A DNA stretch of 64,000 nt from Octopus bimaculoides (GCF_001194135.2 NC_068984.1:24511671-24575670), one strand, 5' to 3'; counted from the first letter of the stretch, positions 49,386-63,605 are shown. The notes: generated from the letters alone by a model not told the origin. Numbers and translations: made by a program.

Positions 49386-49689
49386 TATCTCACAAAAGTA
49401 TGTACATCTCTAAAAAATTTCAGTAAACTTGCAATTACTCTCATAATATCGAAAGAAATCAAACGAGATTTATACTGAATAAAATATATTATACATGCAA
49501 ACATTATACAAATTTGGAATGCAAAACAAACATTTTCAAAGATATAAATGAAATATTAATTTTCAAATGATAAACAGATTCCATCACATGCCAGGGGGAG
49601 AAACTAGAAGTTGTTAATAGCTTCTGCTACCTAGGCGACCAAGTCTGTAGTGGTGGTAGTGGTTGGGGATGTTGCTCTGAGAGTTTAGC

Positions 49690-50595
49690 AACTAGAATAA
49701 GAATAGTCTTGGAAAAGTTCAGGGAGCCCCTACCTCTGCTGGTAACTAAGGGCCTCTTGCTCAGGGTGAAAAGTAGACTGTATGATGCATGTGAGCGAAC
49801 TGCCATGCTACACGGCAATAAAATATGGGCCATGAATGCTGAGGACATGCGTAGGCTTGAAAGAAATGAAGCTAGTATGATCCGCTGGATGTGTAATGTC
49901 AGTGTGCATACACGACAGAGTGTAAGTACCCTGAGAGAAAAGTTGGGCATAAGAAGCATCAAATGTGGTGTGCAAGAGATGCGACTGTGCTCGTATGGTC
50001 ATGTGTTATGTATGAATGAAGACAGCTGTGTGAGGAAGAGCCACTCCATAACTCTAGAAGGAATCCGTGGAAGAGGTAGGCCCAGGAAGACATGGGATGA
50101 GTTGGTGCAGCATGACCTTCGAACATTGGGCCTCACAGAGACAATGACAGGAGATCGGGACCTTTGGAGATAAGCTGTGATTAAGAAGACCCGGCAACTA
50201 AAGTGAGATCGCAGCCATGCATGTCCAGCCCTGTTAAGAATACCCCTGATGTGGCAGGCGATATGATATGCTTGAGAAGACCTGTTGAGTCAAGTAAAAC
50301 AATATTGTAGCTGTGGCCAGTTCTCCCTGAATGGCTCCCATGCAGGTGGCACGTAAAAAACACTATCTGAACATGATTGATGCCAGGCCTGCCTGACTGG
50401 CTCCTGTGCCGGTGGCACGTAAAAAAACACCCACTACACTCTTGGAGTGGTTGGTGTTAGGAAGGGCATCCAGCTGTAGAAACACTGCCAGATCAGATTG
50501 GAGCCTGGTGCAGCTACTGGCTCTCCAGACTTCAATCAAACTGTCCAACCCATGCCAGCATGGGAAAGGGACGTTAAACGCTGATGATGATGATG
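49690..50595 (+). mobile_element. 5'-truncated RTE LINE: RT C-terminus, complete 3' UTR, (GAT)n
   Basis: LPLLVTKGL...MIRWMCNV...GRGRPRKTWDE..DLRTLGL; links the common (GAT)-tailed repeat to RTE. Confidence 0.92.
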
Positions 50596-50598
50596 TGT

Positions 50599-50631
<33 letters not shown>

Positions 50632-50671
50632 GAAAAACAAATAAACAATTATCTAAGACTAAACATCTTAC

Positions 50672-50794
50672 CTTTGTTTCATTATGATTTTTTATGATCT
50701 TTACAGCCTCTTGAGTAAAGATTTCAGTTGAATAATGGCCAAGAGCATCTTTCGCTACATCCAAATTCCTATGAAAGTCATAACCAAGGTAATC
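50672..50794 (-). CDS. Arylsulfatase-like exon
   Basis: DYLGYDFHRNLDVAKDALGHYSTEIFTQEAVKIIKNHNETK; 123 nt. Confidence 0.95.
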
Positions 50795-50809
50795 CTAAAA
50801 GATAAAATA

Positions 50810-51037
50810 TTAACCATTTAGTATTCAGATTGCTCTGTCAAATGCAATGCTCATTTATTCACGTTAGCTTCAATTAATCATGCATTACTTTGTAGTTTTG
50901 AAATTTTGATGGGATTATTGTTTATGTTTAGTATTACATTGTAGGGCAGGTGTGAGAGGCTGAATCTTGCTAGTTTGAATATAAAACAGGTGGAATATTC
51001 AGGTTTCATATGGCTGGTTTAAATGCTAAAGAGTTAA
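50810..51037 (-). mobile_element. piggyBac-type MITE, family 1, second copy
   Basis: TTAA ends; reverse-complement similarity to 1684-1904. Confidence 0.6.
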
Positions 51038-51740
51038 ATGTATCATTAGTTTTACTCTACATCATTCACCACCTTTATCATTTTAGTGACATGGCCAATA
51101 AGGAGGCCCCTAGGCCAGATACTTTCAGCTATTGTGTGACATATGGACTGTAAGTGTGCTGAGAGTTTTTGAGATGGGTTCAAAATGCAATATTTAGAGA
51201 ACTTGACTGTTTTTATTGTACAATAGTAACAAATTACAATGCAGGCATCTGTGTTTTAAAACCATTTCATACTTAACGTATGATAAAACTTTAAGAAGTT
51301 GATGGGGTAACATTGAACTTTTTAGCACCTTATTCAGTATAACATAGACAGTAAACGGTTGAAAATACCTGCTCAACACAGTCATATGGCATGTTAGAAA
51401 AATCAGTCAAGTCTCTCCCTAATCATACCCTACAAGGGAAAGACATGCTAAATTAGGTGGTCCTAGAAGCATATTGCATGAAAAAAAAAAGCAAATGCAA
51501 TAGTCATGGTTTGAACACTTTTAATCGTAAGTCTGTTCAATCAATATTGACCATTTTGGACTGTAAATATATGATAAATATTGTCAATAAATATTACAAT
51601 CAGCCTGTTAATTTTCATTAAACAAAACTTAAAACATTTTATTTTATGACAAAATGAATAATAGTTAAATATATATGCTGCACCTGGTGTGTGTGTGTGT
51701 GTGTGTGTAAACACACACATATATATATATGTATATCATA

Positions 51741-51782
<42 letters not shown>

Positions 51783-52243
51783 GAGAATATACAAATAATA
51801 ACAACAGACGAGGACAGGTGGTGTAAATAACAAAAGGATATACACATATATGTGTATAACCACTAGGCATGGCTTAGTGATTAGGGTATTGAGCTCATGG
51901 TTGCAAGGTTGTGAGTTGGATTCAAATTTCTTCTTGATTTCTTGAAATTACCTCCCCTTGTCCTTGAAAGTTGCCATTGGTTACTGCCAGATTTCTGTTT
52001 TCCATTCCTCACTCCAAAGAGAAACATCCCCTTGAAATGGGGAATGCATACACACATAGACATACGTGCACGCATTAGTTAAGTGTCCATTGTCATTAAT
52101 ATTTGATACATATGAAGCTAAACCAAACTTAAAAAAGATATTCTAGAAAACAATGTCAACAACAACTATACTATCAAGTCAAATTATATAACAGAGAATG
52201 TAAAACTTGGCAATACATAGAAAAAACAAAGAAAAATACTTAC

Positions 52244-52357
52244 ACCTCTACCAGCAAGATGGAGGTAATAACTTTCTGCACCCAACCAGTAACCAAAGTG
52301 AGAACTGAAGCCACGCTTTGTAGGGGTATAATCTTCAGATATAAAACCAAGATGCCA
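52244..52357 (-). CDS. Arylsulfatase-like exon
   Basis: WHLGFISEDYTPTKRGFSSHFGYWLG; 114 nt; uncommon AAG acceptor. Confidence 0.95.
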
Positions 52358-52435
52358 CTTTAAAATTAAAATGAAAAATGTTCAAATAATATTAAAAAAT
52401 AAGTAATAAAGGGGTGGGGCTATATGAGGCTATGA

Positions 52436-52491
<56 letters not shown>

Positions 52492-52879
52492 GAGAATTTA
52501 CGAAAAAAACAACAACAGACGAGGACAGGTGGTGTAAACAACAAAAGGATGTATTAGTTTAATGCTTGGGAATAGAGAAAGTCTTTAACGTTTCGAGCTA
52601 CGTTCTTCAACAGAAAGAATACGGAGAAAACAAGGAGAAAAACATGAAGAAAAAAAATTGAATGCTTTGGTCAGCGATCTATCAATACACATACACTGTT
52701 ATTGATTAGGCAGGAAACACAGGATATAATGCCTGAGATATTAGACCTATTTTTAGGTAAATTCTAAATATGCCATGAGTTTTTCTCCATCAGCTCTCGT
52801 TATCCAGATATGTTAGTATACAATCAATTGAGCACAAGGATTGATGACAACAAATTATTGCTGTCTTTTGAATAAAAAA

Positions 52880-53940
52880 AAAATCACTACATACAATAAA
52901 AATGATTTATTTCTGATTAAATTACATCCATAGAATCAAACAATAATGAAATAAGTGTAGAAAGTTATTATTGATACAACGTTCATTTACTCAGACATCT
53001 CACAAAAGTGGTCTTTCAGAGACTACCTATAGTGAGCAATTCCAGGACAATCATGTTGAATGGTCCAAAGGCAATTCATCATCATATGAGTATCCCACTG
53101 ACCTCAGTGGCTTACTTTCATAGTTCTAAGATTTTAGTGGAATAGTTTGCCCTGTTCATCACTTGGGTCACCAAAGTCGTATGAGAAATGATCCAAATGA
53201 TCATAATGCAGTCAAATCAAAGGAAAGAAGAGAGCATGTTCTTCACCAATTCATAGTTATCAGCTTTATGACTCTCAAGAAAATTCCTTACAATGAAGAT
53301 GAACAAATTCTATGCATCAACCTCAACACTGTTCGTTGAATCTTGGAAATGTGGGTCTTTCATGAACTCCCTGTTTTGTTGCCTGTCAAAAATATCTGCC
53401 ATCAGCTTCTTTATGAACAGTGCAGGAAATGTTCTGCATATGTAGTTGAAGCAGTTCTCTTCTTTGTTCAAAGCCTTTGCAAGCTGTTTCATTAAACTTA
53501 GTTTAATGTGCAGTGATGGTAAAATGGTTCTGAGATTTCATTTTTTCCCAGTGACCATGTTTTATCTCAGAGGCCATCGTTTTCTCACCCAGTGTTCATC
53601 TTTATATCTACTATACCAGAGGCAAATAAAACAGAGATCTTTGGTGTAGCCATTCTACTGACTTAGAAAAGAAATTCACCATCCTAAGATGTACATAAAT
53701 TAGCCATTGGTGATTGTTTCCTGCTTTTCAATCATCTTTATCGAATGATCAATTGGGATTGATCCATATTTGTTGTTATTGTGTAGAAATAAACATTTTA
53801 AGCTTTGCTTAGATCTATCTACAAATAACTGCCATTCAGTTGTTACATATTTTGATACATCCATTTTTGTCAATAAGCCTTGAACATCATTGCAAATGAA
53901 CAAAACCATTTTCCTCAGAGAAGAAGGGTAGTAAATTCAT
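52880..53940 (-). mobile_element. Decayed DNA-transposon transposase, probably CMC/Chapaev3-like
   Basis: EWQLFVDRSKQSLKCLFLHNNNKYGSIPI; PSLHIKL-like then MKQLAKAL; SDEQGKLFH; GQWDTHMM..C.W. Family name from memory. Confidence 0.6.
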
Positions 53941-54044
53941 TTCTCTATTATGATAGTGGGTGATTTTGGTACATTTATTTATAAGCGCATTACTTCAAAA
54001 ACTAGAGCTGCTAGAAACAAATGAAGGATATATTCTTATTCGGT

Positions 54045-54870
54045 CATCATCATCATCATCATTTAATGTCCATTGTTCATGTTGGCATTGGTTGGACAAT
54101 TTGACCAGGGCTGGCAAGCTGGAAGGCTGCACCAGACTCCAGTCTGATTTGGCATGGTCTCTACAGCTGGATGCCTTTTCTAATGCCAACCACTCTGAGA
54201 GTGTAATGTGTGCTTTTACATGCCACCAGCATGAGTGCCATTTGCATGACACCAGTATCTGCCATGAGTGCAATTTTGCCTGGCTTGATGGGTCTTCCCA
54301 AGCACGGCATAATGTCAAAGGTTTTGGTCATTTGTCATTGCCTCTGTGAGGCCCAACACTTGAAAGGTGCTTTTCATATGCCACTGGCATCAGCCACCTT
54401 GCTTCCGTGAGGCCCAATGCTCAAAAGGTGCTTTTTTACATGCCACCAGCATGGGTGCCAGTCATGTGACACCAGCATTGGTGACAGATATGATTTCACT
54501 TGGCTTGAAAAGTCATCTCAAGCACAACATATCGCCAAAGGCCTCGGTCACTAGTCATTGCCTCTGTGAGGCCCAAAGTTTGAAGATCATGCTTCAACAC
54601 CTGGGTCTACCTCTACCACAGGTACCCTCCATAGTTAGAGATCAGCACTGCTTTACTGCTTTACACAGCTGTCCTTGTCCATATGCATCACATGACCATA
54701 CCAGTGCAGTCATCTCTCTTGCACACATCTGATACTTCTTATGCCAAACATTTCTCTCAAGATGCTTACACTCTGTCGTACATGCACACTAACGTTGCAC
54801 ATCCAGTGAAGCATACTGGCTTCATTTCTTTCAGTGGTGTGAATATACCTAGAACCAAGTCTAAAATCTG
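54045..54870 (-). mobile_element. Older 5'-truncated RTE LINE with expanded 3' UTR subrepeats
   Basis: (CAT)n at 54045, tail family, then RT C-terminal remnant in reverse. Confidence 0.85.
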
Positions 54871-55838
54871 AGACACCATAAAACTTTTAAAAATTTATTC
54901 CCCAGTGTTATCAATATGCAGAAGCTTTTAAAGATCATCTTTGTCTACTAAATCGAAAAGCATTCTTAATAATACCCTTATTTAAGGAGTCAAGCAGTGG
55001 TGAGAACATTATTTTATGGTTGTTTTTCCAGGCTTTCATGGATCATTTTCCATCACAATATCTCACCACTTGTGGTTCTTTGTTATGGTCTTAATGAGAT
55101 TCAGCCTCCAAAGAGTAGATTTTATCATTTCCTCTTCTTTTCCAGTATCTTTTTGAATTACTTTGTACTTCTTTATGCAACTATCACTCTCTAAAAGAAT
55201 CACAGATTGGTACCACCTTATTCTTCTCTTTTACACACTACTTCTGATTCCTCTTAGTCATATACCCAGTTTTTATTTGCTCATTTATACATAGTCATTC
55301 TTGAGCCTAACATCACATATCAAGCAGAGCATGTTTGTTTCATTTCCTTCCAGCCTCTACTATTCATGTTCTGCAACCATGAAACACTGCACTTTATACA
55401 AAAGCATCATACAACATGCCCTTCATCTAGAGAGAGAAACCCTTTGTTGCAAGCCTAGGTAATAGCTGCCTAAATTTTTGCCATCACATTTTTACTTTGG
55501 TTACTATTCTTATGGAATCATCGAGAACCTTTGAAGTATTTAAAAAAAAATTATTTTGTGGGTGTTCTAATAGCTAATTGATTTCACAAGTATCTTTTAA
55601 TAGAATTTAATATAAAACAATATCTTTAAATTTGCTGCTGTTTTTGTACCAAAACAGAAGATTCATGGCAAAACTGACAGTATATTCATATTGATGTCTC
55701 ATATATAATGAAGAATAGGTCTAACCTTCAAAGCTATAAAATTTGGGGGAGTTGGGGTAGGTCTTTGTTACCTATGAATGGTGAAATGATTGAAAAGTTT
55801 TCTAGTAATCATACAGGAAATAATAGATATAAACTTAC

Positions 55839-55951
55839 CTTTCCAACAATATGAGAAGTATATCCAAGTTTATTTAGATATTCAGGCATAAGTGTTTCAT
55901 TCAATGGTAAACCATATGTTTGAGAGCTACAAATTACCCCATGTTGCATAC
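55839..55951 (-). CDS. Arylsulfatase-like exon
   Basis: MQHGVICSSQTYGLPLNETLMPEYLNKLGYTSHIVGK; 113 nt. Confidence 0.96.
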
Positions 55952-56896
55952 CTGATGTTGAAGAAATGACCACCATAAGTTTATGAGAAAACAGAAACCA
56001 AAAATTTTACATATTTTTCTTCAATATATTGTAGATGCAGGCATGGCTGCATGGTACAAAGTCTGCTTCCTAACGACAAGGTTCTGGGTTCAGTCCTACT
56101 GACTGGAACCTTGAGCAAGTATCTTCTACTAAGGCATACATATGTACATACATCTGTATGTATATATGTTTATTTTTAGTCTTGCAAGTTACTTGGCGAC
56201 CTCACAAGTGTCAATGGCATGAAAACAACACCCAGTACACACTGTAAAGTAGTTGACATTAGGCAGAGCACTCTAGCTATAGAAGCCATGCCAAAACTGA
56301 CATTGGAGCCCAACACAGTGCTGCAGCTCATTAGATTCTGACAAATCATTCATTTCATGCCAGCAAAGAAAATAGACATTAAATGATTATTAATACTATA
56401 TATAAGCGCAGGTATTGCTGTGTGGTAAGAAGCTTGTTTCTCAACCACGAAAAAAGACTAAAGAACATAGGTTTTTTCTTAGTTATCATTTTGGGATTCA
56501 TTCTTCCAGTCACGTTTATTTGAGTCTAGATTTTTTTGTTGTTCTATTAGCTACTGACGAGTACAAATATGACTACTACGATTTTGTATTTATGAATATC
56601 TGGGTCCATTTGTATGAAACAATTGTATAGCAACATGAAATATAAAAAGTATAATCCATTTTAACATCCAATCTCTTCCATTACATAGATATGAATGAAT
56701 TTGTTGAACTTTGTTTATAAGTTTAGTCATATACTAATTATTTGTATACAAGCTTTCATGCCTATACAAATTTATATAAGAAAATTCAAAAGTAAAGTAT
56801 GAAAAAAAGACATTAGAAACCTTAGGAAAAAATTCCAAATAAAGGACAAACATACATTCATCCAATAAAATATACATATAAAAATATATATAATAT

Positions 56897-57280
56897 AGGC
56901 GCAGGAGTGGCTGTGTGGTAAGTAGCTTGCTTACCAACCACATAGTTCCGGGTTCATTCCCACTGCGTGGCATCTTGGGTAAGTGTCTTCTACTATAGCC
57001 TCGTGCCAACCAAAGCCTTGTGAGTGGATTTGGTAGACGGAAACTGAAAGAAGCCCATCGTGTGTATACGTTTGTGTGTCTGTGTTTGTCCCCCTCCCCC
57101 CAACATCGCTTGACAACTGATGCTGGTGTGTTTAGGTCCCCGTAACTTAGCAGTTCGGCAAAAGAGACTGATAGAATAAGTACTAGGCATCCAAAGAATA
57201 AGTCATGGGGTTGATTTACTCGACTAAAGGCGGTGCTCCAGCATGGCCGCAGTCAAATGACTGAAACAAGTAAAAGAGTA
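56897..57280 (+). mobile_element. tRNA-derived SINE, family D, full length
   Basis: GGCGCAGGAGTGGCTGTGTGGTAAG head, CTTGGGTAAGTGTCTTC core, GAAACAAGTAAAAGAGTA tail. Confidence 0.8.
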
Positions 57281-57500
57281 ATATATAAATATATATATAT
57301 ATATATATAAAACAATAATAAATGAGTATATGCATATATACGTACAGGTAAGTGCATACCTTCGTCTACTTGTATATATAGGTGCATATCTGGGTACAGG
57401 ACATTGCAAACAAAACGTAGACAAAAAAATAATTATAACCAGAGTACAGAAAACACACAAGCCACATAGAGAACATTTTCCTTCATCAACTACCCCCGTT

Positions 57501-58361
57501 TTGTGGTCTGATCAATAAGTATCCGGACTGTTGCCATAGTAACAAAACTAAAACACGCAGAGTGAAGCTGCTTGGCACTGATTGACCTTAAACTCTGCTG
57601 TGCATGCATGCTAAGTTATAAAATTCTAGCTCACTTCTGCTGTTTACAACAGTGCTTGGAAGGAACGTATGCAGTGTGTGATCATTGCATTGACCATGAA
57701 TCAGCATCAAATTTTGCCAAAAGTTTGACGATACCTGCTCAGAGACCTATGCAAAGTTGCAGAAAGTGTATGGAGAGGAGTGTATGAGCTGTAAAAATGT
57801 CGATAGTGACAAATGTTCAGCAACCAACAGAACTGAGAAAAACATCACAGATGTGCATGCAGCTGTGAGGGTAAATCGTTGAATCACTATCCATAAGAGA
57901 ATGTGCAGATTAGTTATGGTTCAGTTCAGTCCATTATTACTGAAGATTTGGACATGAAATGTATGTCTGTCAAGTTTGTGCTAAAATTGCTTTCAGCTGA
58001 CAATGCACCAGTTCAGCGCAGCATGTGCAATAGTTTTTGGCTAGACACAGCATTCTTCAGGTCAGACGGACACTGTATTCTCCAGATCCTTGCAACTTTT
58101 TCCCCTTTCCAAATATCAAACCCCACTTGAAAGGAAGAAGATTTCAGGACATTGAGGAAATCAAAGTGAATGCGATGAGGCAGCTGTTGATTATCCCAAG
58201 AAAACGAGTTCCAGGAATGCTTCCATCAATGGAAACAGCACTGGATTAAATGTGTGGCTTCCAAAAGGGACTACTTTGAAGGAGATTAAATGCCAAACTG
58301 CTACGTGCTGTAGTTTTGTTTTTATAGCACCAATCCGGATACTTATTGATCAGATCTTGTA
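57501..58361 (+). mobile_element. Internally deleted mariner with both TIRs
   Basis: TIRs at 57505-57527 and 58334-58356; remnants IKFCQK..ETYAKLQKVYGEECMS and YSPDPCNFFPFPNIKPHLKGRRF. Confidence 0.9.
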
Positions 58362-59872
58362 TATTTATGTGTGTGTGTTTGTGTTTCACCCCCTCACCAT
58401 CACATGACAACTGATGTTTATGCCCTCATAACATAGTAGTTTGGCAGAAGAGACCAATAGAATAGCACCAGCTTTACAAAGAATAAGCCCATGGGTTGAT
58501 TATTTTCAACTAAAAGGTTGCACTCCAGCATGGCTAAAAGTATAAAAGTATATATATATTATATAAGTGTGTGTGTGTGTAAAATACAAAATTATATATT
58601 TAACAACATGTGATTTTAAACATTGTAAGTATCAATCTATGTTTGACATGGAAAAGAAATAGGGCAACTAATGAGATATAAACTATGTATCTATCACTTT
58701 GTGGGTAAATGGATTCTCAATTATACTATGGAGTGCCAACAACACCCTCTACCACAAATTACTCAGAAATGTTTTAATAATTTTTTTGAACGGTACTATG
58801 GTTGTCGTCACTAAATAATTAGGTCAGTTACTTGGTATAACAGAACAAGTTATACACCATATATATCAATATGGTATTGTGTATACAATATGTATTATCC
58901 AACAGAGCAAGGCATTTCGCTTTAATTCATAGTTTACCACATATATCAAACTATGAATGAACTTTGAGTTAATGGCAAAGATTTTGAATATAAAGTGATA
59001 TTAGACATCGTAGACATAAAATTTCCTTTTTTTGTCTCAAATTGATACTGATATTAGATAATTAGTCATATTCTGAAATAATTTTGAGAGAATATGTCCT
59101 GATTATATAGCATGATTGTTTAATTTCCTGATTATATATCATCATCATTGTTTAATTTCCTGATTATGTATCATCATCATCATTGTTAATGTCTGTTTTC
59201 CATACTGGCATGGGTTGACTAGTTTGAGAGGACTGTCCAGGCTCCAGTTGTCTGTTTTGGCATAATTTCTATGGCAGGAGTGTGCTGGTTACTTTTTACA
59301 TACCACTGGCATGGGTGTTTAAGTAGTACTGGCACAAGTGCATTTTATGTGGCACTGGCATGAATGCAATTTACATGGAACTGGCATGAAGTGCATTTTA
59401 CATAGCACATGCTTGAGTGCATTTTATGTGGCACTAGTACCTACAAGGCAAAAACCTCACAGCTGGGAGGGGGAATGGGGGCATGGCATAAAGGACATGC
59501 CTGTATGTATGGATGACCACAATTTTACTTAGCTTGGTATGTTTTCTCAAGTACAGCAAATCACCACAAGTCCCAGCCCCATGTCATCTCCTCAGTGAGG
59601 CCCAGCACTTTATCCCACATCCATGCTAGCATGGAAGCTGGATGTTAATGACGACAACGATGATGACTTTTCCATGCTTGCATAAGTTGGACAGATTGTC
59701 TATGGCCAGGTGTCATTCCTGTCATCAGCTCTTAACCTGTTTCCTTTTCCACAGAAGAATGAAATGAAGCACACTGCTTGTATGATGGTGATACTCGTTT
59801 ACAACCACCATGTGATATTGAGACAAGGGTATTATGTACAAACATATACACACTCACAGATACATATAAATT

Positions 59873-59933
<61 letters not shown>

Positions 59934-59973
59934 NNNNNNNNNNNNNNNNNNNNNNNNNNNNNNNNNNNNNNNN

Positions 59974-60016
<43 letters not shown>

Positions 60017-62211
60017 TACAGACTTCTTTCAGTTTTTGCCTACAAAATCCACTCACATGGTTCTGACCAGCTTCAGGCCACATAGTTGGGAAGCAAGCTC
60101 TGCATACATGCAGGTGTAGCTGTGTAGTTAGTAGCTTGCTTCCCAACCATGTGGTCTTGGGTTGAATCACACTGTGCTCCATTGCAGAGGTATAGTAGAA
60201 GACACAGGGCAAGGGTCTTCTACTGTAGCCCTGGGACAACTAAAAACTCATGAGTGGATTTGGTAGACAGAAACTGAAAGAGGCAACTGAGGCTACATAT
60301 TGGATTGTAATAATGGAATAAGCAGATGTACTTCAAGAGGAAACAGCTGAGATTTACCCTACCTTCACATGAGAGACTTAAGTTTTATTTAGAATTCCAT
60401 GTAAATCCATATATGTCCAACTTCCAACCAGTTATTAAACATAATTTGTGTTCAAATTCTTGTTTATTATTTGAATAGATTACATAGTGCATATTCAAAA
60501 GCAGAATAAACCAGATTTGGTTAAAAAAACAACTTACCCATAAGGTGTATAATCACCTGTCTCTGTCTCTCTCTCTCTACACACACACACATACAACATA
60601 TGAAAACAGCTGGCAATACACTTTGTTACTATTAGCAAATAAAAAATATTGAATCTAAATTAAAATTAAATGGTATTTTATAAAACTCAAATTATGGGAT
60701 TGCTAAATGTCTCTGTTTGCAATGGCTAAACAGCATTTTTGTTTTTGTTTGTGTAGTTTTCAATAATTTAATTACTTTATCTATATATATATGAAACCAT
60801 TTAATGTACAGATAGATAATGCAAACATAATTACAGTTAATAAAAAATAAAGAAACAACATAAATATCATAAAAAGAGAAATAGACAAAAAAAAACAAAA
60901 CACACAGATAAGTCAATAACAACAGCAGGAGTCATTTTGAAGAGGTAAAAACCAGAACATTTCTATTGCAGAAGATATTCAATGGATCAGAATGAAATTT
61001 GTTTGATTGTATGTTATTTCTGAACAATCAAAATGCAAATGCCTAATAATGATGATATTTAACATGCTACCACTTCCTCATTAACTCTGTCTCATCCTTC
61101 ACCTCTGTTCATTTATGTCCTCTTTAACTTTTTCCCTAATTACTGTATTTTGCAATGCATATAAAAATAGAAATGCATGATTGCTTTATAGAATAAATGT
61201 CATGTGTTTGAGCGTTTATAAATAGTGTAAAAATAATTTACAGAGAACGAATAAGATATAATGATTTTTTGCCAACCTAAGATATAAAATAATGCAAATG
61301 TGTATTAGTAGTACACTTGAAATGTTAAGTGTTAGAACCATTCACTCTTCTGGATTTATCAGTCTTAATTAGACACAAGCATGACTGTGTAGTTAAAAAG
61401 TTTGCTTCCTAACCATTGTTTTAAGTTCAGTCCCACTAAGTGATACCTTGGGCATGTGTCTTCCACTACAACCCAGAGCTGACAAAGGACTTGTGGGTGA
61501 AATAGAAAGATAGAAACTGAAAGAAGCCTGTAGTACATGTATATGTATATATATACGTATGAGTGTAAGCAATTTCATATTTCTCTTGTCACTCATAATC
61601 AATGGCTCCAGTAACAGTATCATTTGTCTACAGTCCACACAGCAGCCTGGTCCTCCTCTTTGACATGCTCTCGTGATCTTCCTGAACAAAAAGCACATTT
61701 CAGCGTCATTTGCTTCCAGTTCTCTGCATTAGTAAGTCCAGGCTGTTTGTTGGATAAATAGACTGGGAGGTTGTTACTTCACTTGGAAACAAGTAGGTGT
61801 TGGTGACAGGAAGGGTATCTGGCCACGGAAAGCTGTGCCCCAATATACTCTTGTCTGACACATGCAAATATGGAAAAGTAGACTTTAAAATGATGATGCA
61901 GAAGATGACGATCACAGTGATGATGATGATGATGATGAAGAAGAATTAATTGAAATTTATGATACTGAATTTAACTTATATCAAGGTTCCTTATTGTTTT
62001 GAATTTACTTTGTCCTTCATTTCTTCAGCATTAATTAAATGTGTACCAGTAATATATTGATCTTGTCAGCTTGAGACAGTTGACACTTTTCATTGAGAGA
62101 GTCTTCTTTGCATACTGACATAAAAGAAATATCTGTTTTTACTTTGCAAATGCTTAATTGCAGCTAAAAGAAAGCCTAATGAAGAATTAACAGATTATTG
62201 CTTGGAAAATA

Positions 62212-62340
62212 TATTAGGTTGAGGAAAAAGTTTGTGCGCTGTGTTTTGAAGAATAGTTGTTGTTGTTTTTGAATAAATTCTTGCATAAAAAAAAAATCAT
62301 TATTTTAACACAGCGCATGAACTTTTTCCTCAACCTAGTA
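62212..62340. mobile_element. Mariner-type MITE (129 bp including TA TSDs)
   Basis: TA-TTAGGTTGAGGAAAAAGTTTGTGCGCTGTGTT...AACACAGCGCATGAACTTTTTCCTCAACCTAG-TA. Confidence 0.88.
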
Positions 62341-62481
62341 ATTCTGGTGATTCAGTCTTGGTGACAAGACACAGCTATTAATAATAAATCCACTGGAGTT
62401 CAAGCAATTATCTACTCACTTGTCATGAGTTCAGTTAAAAAAGAAACCAATAATACACTGAAATTTAATTAAAAACATCAC

Positions 62482-62641
62482 CTGTATGGATTGGATGCCG
62501 TCCAGTCATCAGAGCGCTTCGTGTTGGCGTGCAGATTGGTGAAACATAGTAATTATTCAAAATTATACCTTCAGAAGCCAAAGAATCTATATTTTTTGTC
62601 GGTATTTGGTTTGATCCATGAAAGCTCACATCATTCCAACC
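62482..62641 (-). CDS. Arylsulfatase-like exon with the formylglycine motif
   Basis: [22 protein letters not shown]...[21 protein letters not shown]; 160 nt. The upstream signal-peptide/DDL exon was not found in the window. Confidence 0.97.
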
Positions 62642-63049
62642 CTGAAAGAACCCAACAATTTAAAGAGATTTGAATTAATAACATTCATACCACATGCTTC
62701 AATATTATAATTGATAAATATTTTAGAAATAAATATATCGTAATTCTTACTAGTAATAACTTTAACACATTAGCTGCCACATATACCACGAGTGGTTCAT
62801 CACAAACTTCACTCAACTGCCATATTCACCACTGAGGGTACATTCTCATAATTTGAGAAAATATTTTATTCTGTATCTTTGACATAGTTTTGAGGATATT
62901 CAAATAACGAGAGGTAAATATCAAAGTTTAATTATGAAATATGGTAAAAATCCGAAAAACGATTATATTTCTATGTAATTAAATAGCATTATTACCAACA
63001 CCAGTAAGTTCCAGTAACAAGCCATGACAGTTAACATGTTAATATATGA

Positions 63050-63605
63050 GCTCAAATTCCGCCGAGGTTGACTTTGCCTTTCATCCTTTCGGGGGTCGAT
63101 AAATTAGGTACCAGTTACACACTGGGGTTGATGTAATCGACTTAATCCCCTTTGTCTGTCCTTGTTTGTCCCCTCAGTGTGGAGCCCCTTGTTGGCAGTA
63201 AAGAAATAAGAAACATTAGCACGCCAGGCAAAATGCTTAGCAATATTTTGTCTGTCTTTATGTTGTGAGTTCAAATTCCACCAAGGTCAACTTTGTCTTT
63301 CACCCTTTCGGTGCATACTGGGGTCAATCAGATCGACCAGCACCCACTCCCAAAATTACAGGGGTCAATCTAATTGAGTAGAAAAGAATATATGATCTGG
63401 TAGAATTGTTAGCATGCCAGGCAAAATGCTTACTGGTATTTCCTTCATCTCTATGTTCTCAGTTCAAATTCTGCCAATGTTGACTTTGATTTTCATCCTT
63501 CTGGGATCAGTAAAAAAAAAGTACCAGCTGAGCACTGGAGGTGATGTAGTCAACTTACCCCCTCCCCTGAAATTGCCGGTCTTGTACAAAAATCTGAAAC
63601 CAATG
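63050..63605 (+). mobile_element. Cluster of three to four family-C SINE copies
   Basis: Repeated GAGTTCAAATTC..GTCAACTTTG..TTTCATCCTT blocks. Confidence 0.8.

Noticed and set aside
60538-60556. 19-nt micro-exon in the sulfatase intron (strong TGG|GTAAGT donor on minus)
   Set aside because: Acceptor side is purine-rich and the phases (1 in, 2 out) would frameshift; the flanking exons already join in frame.
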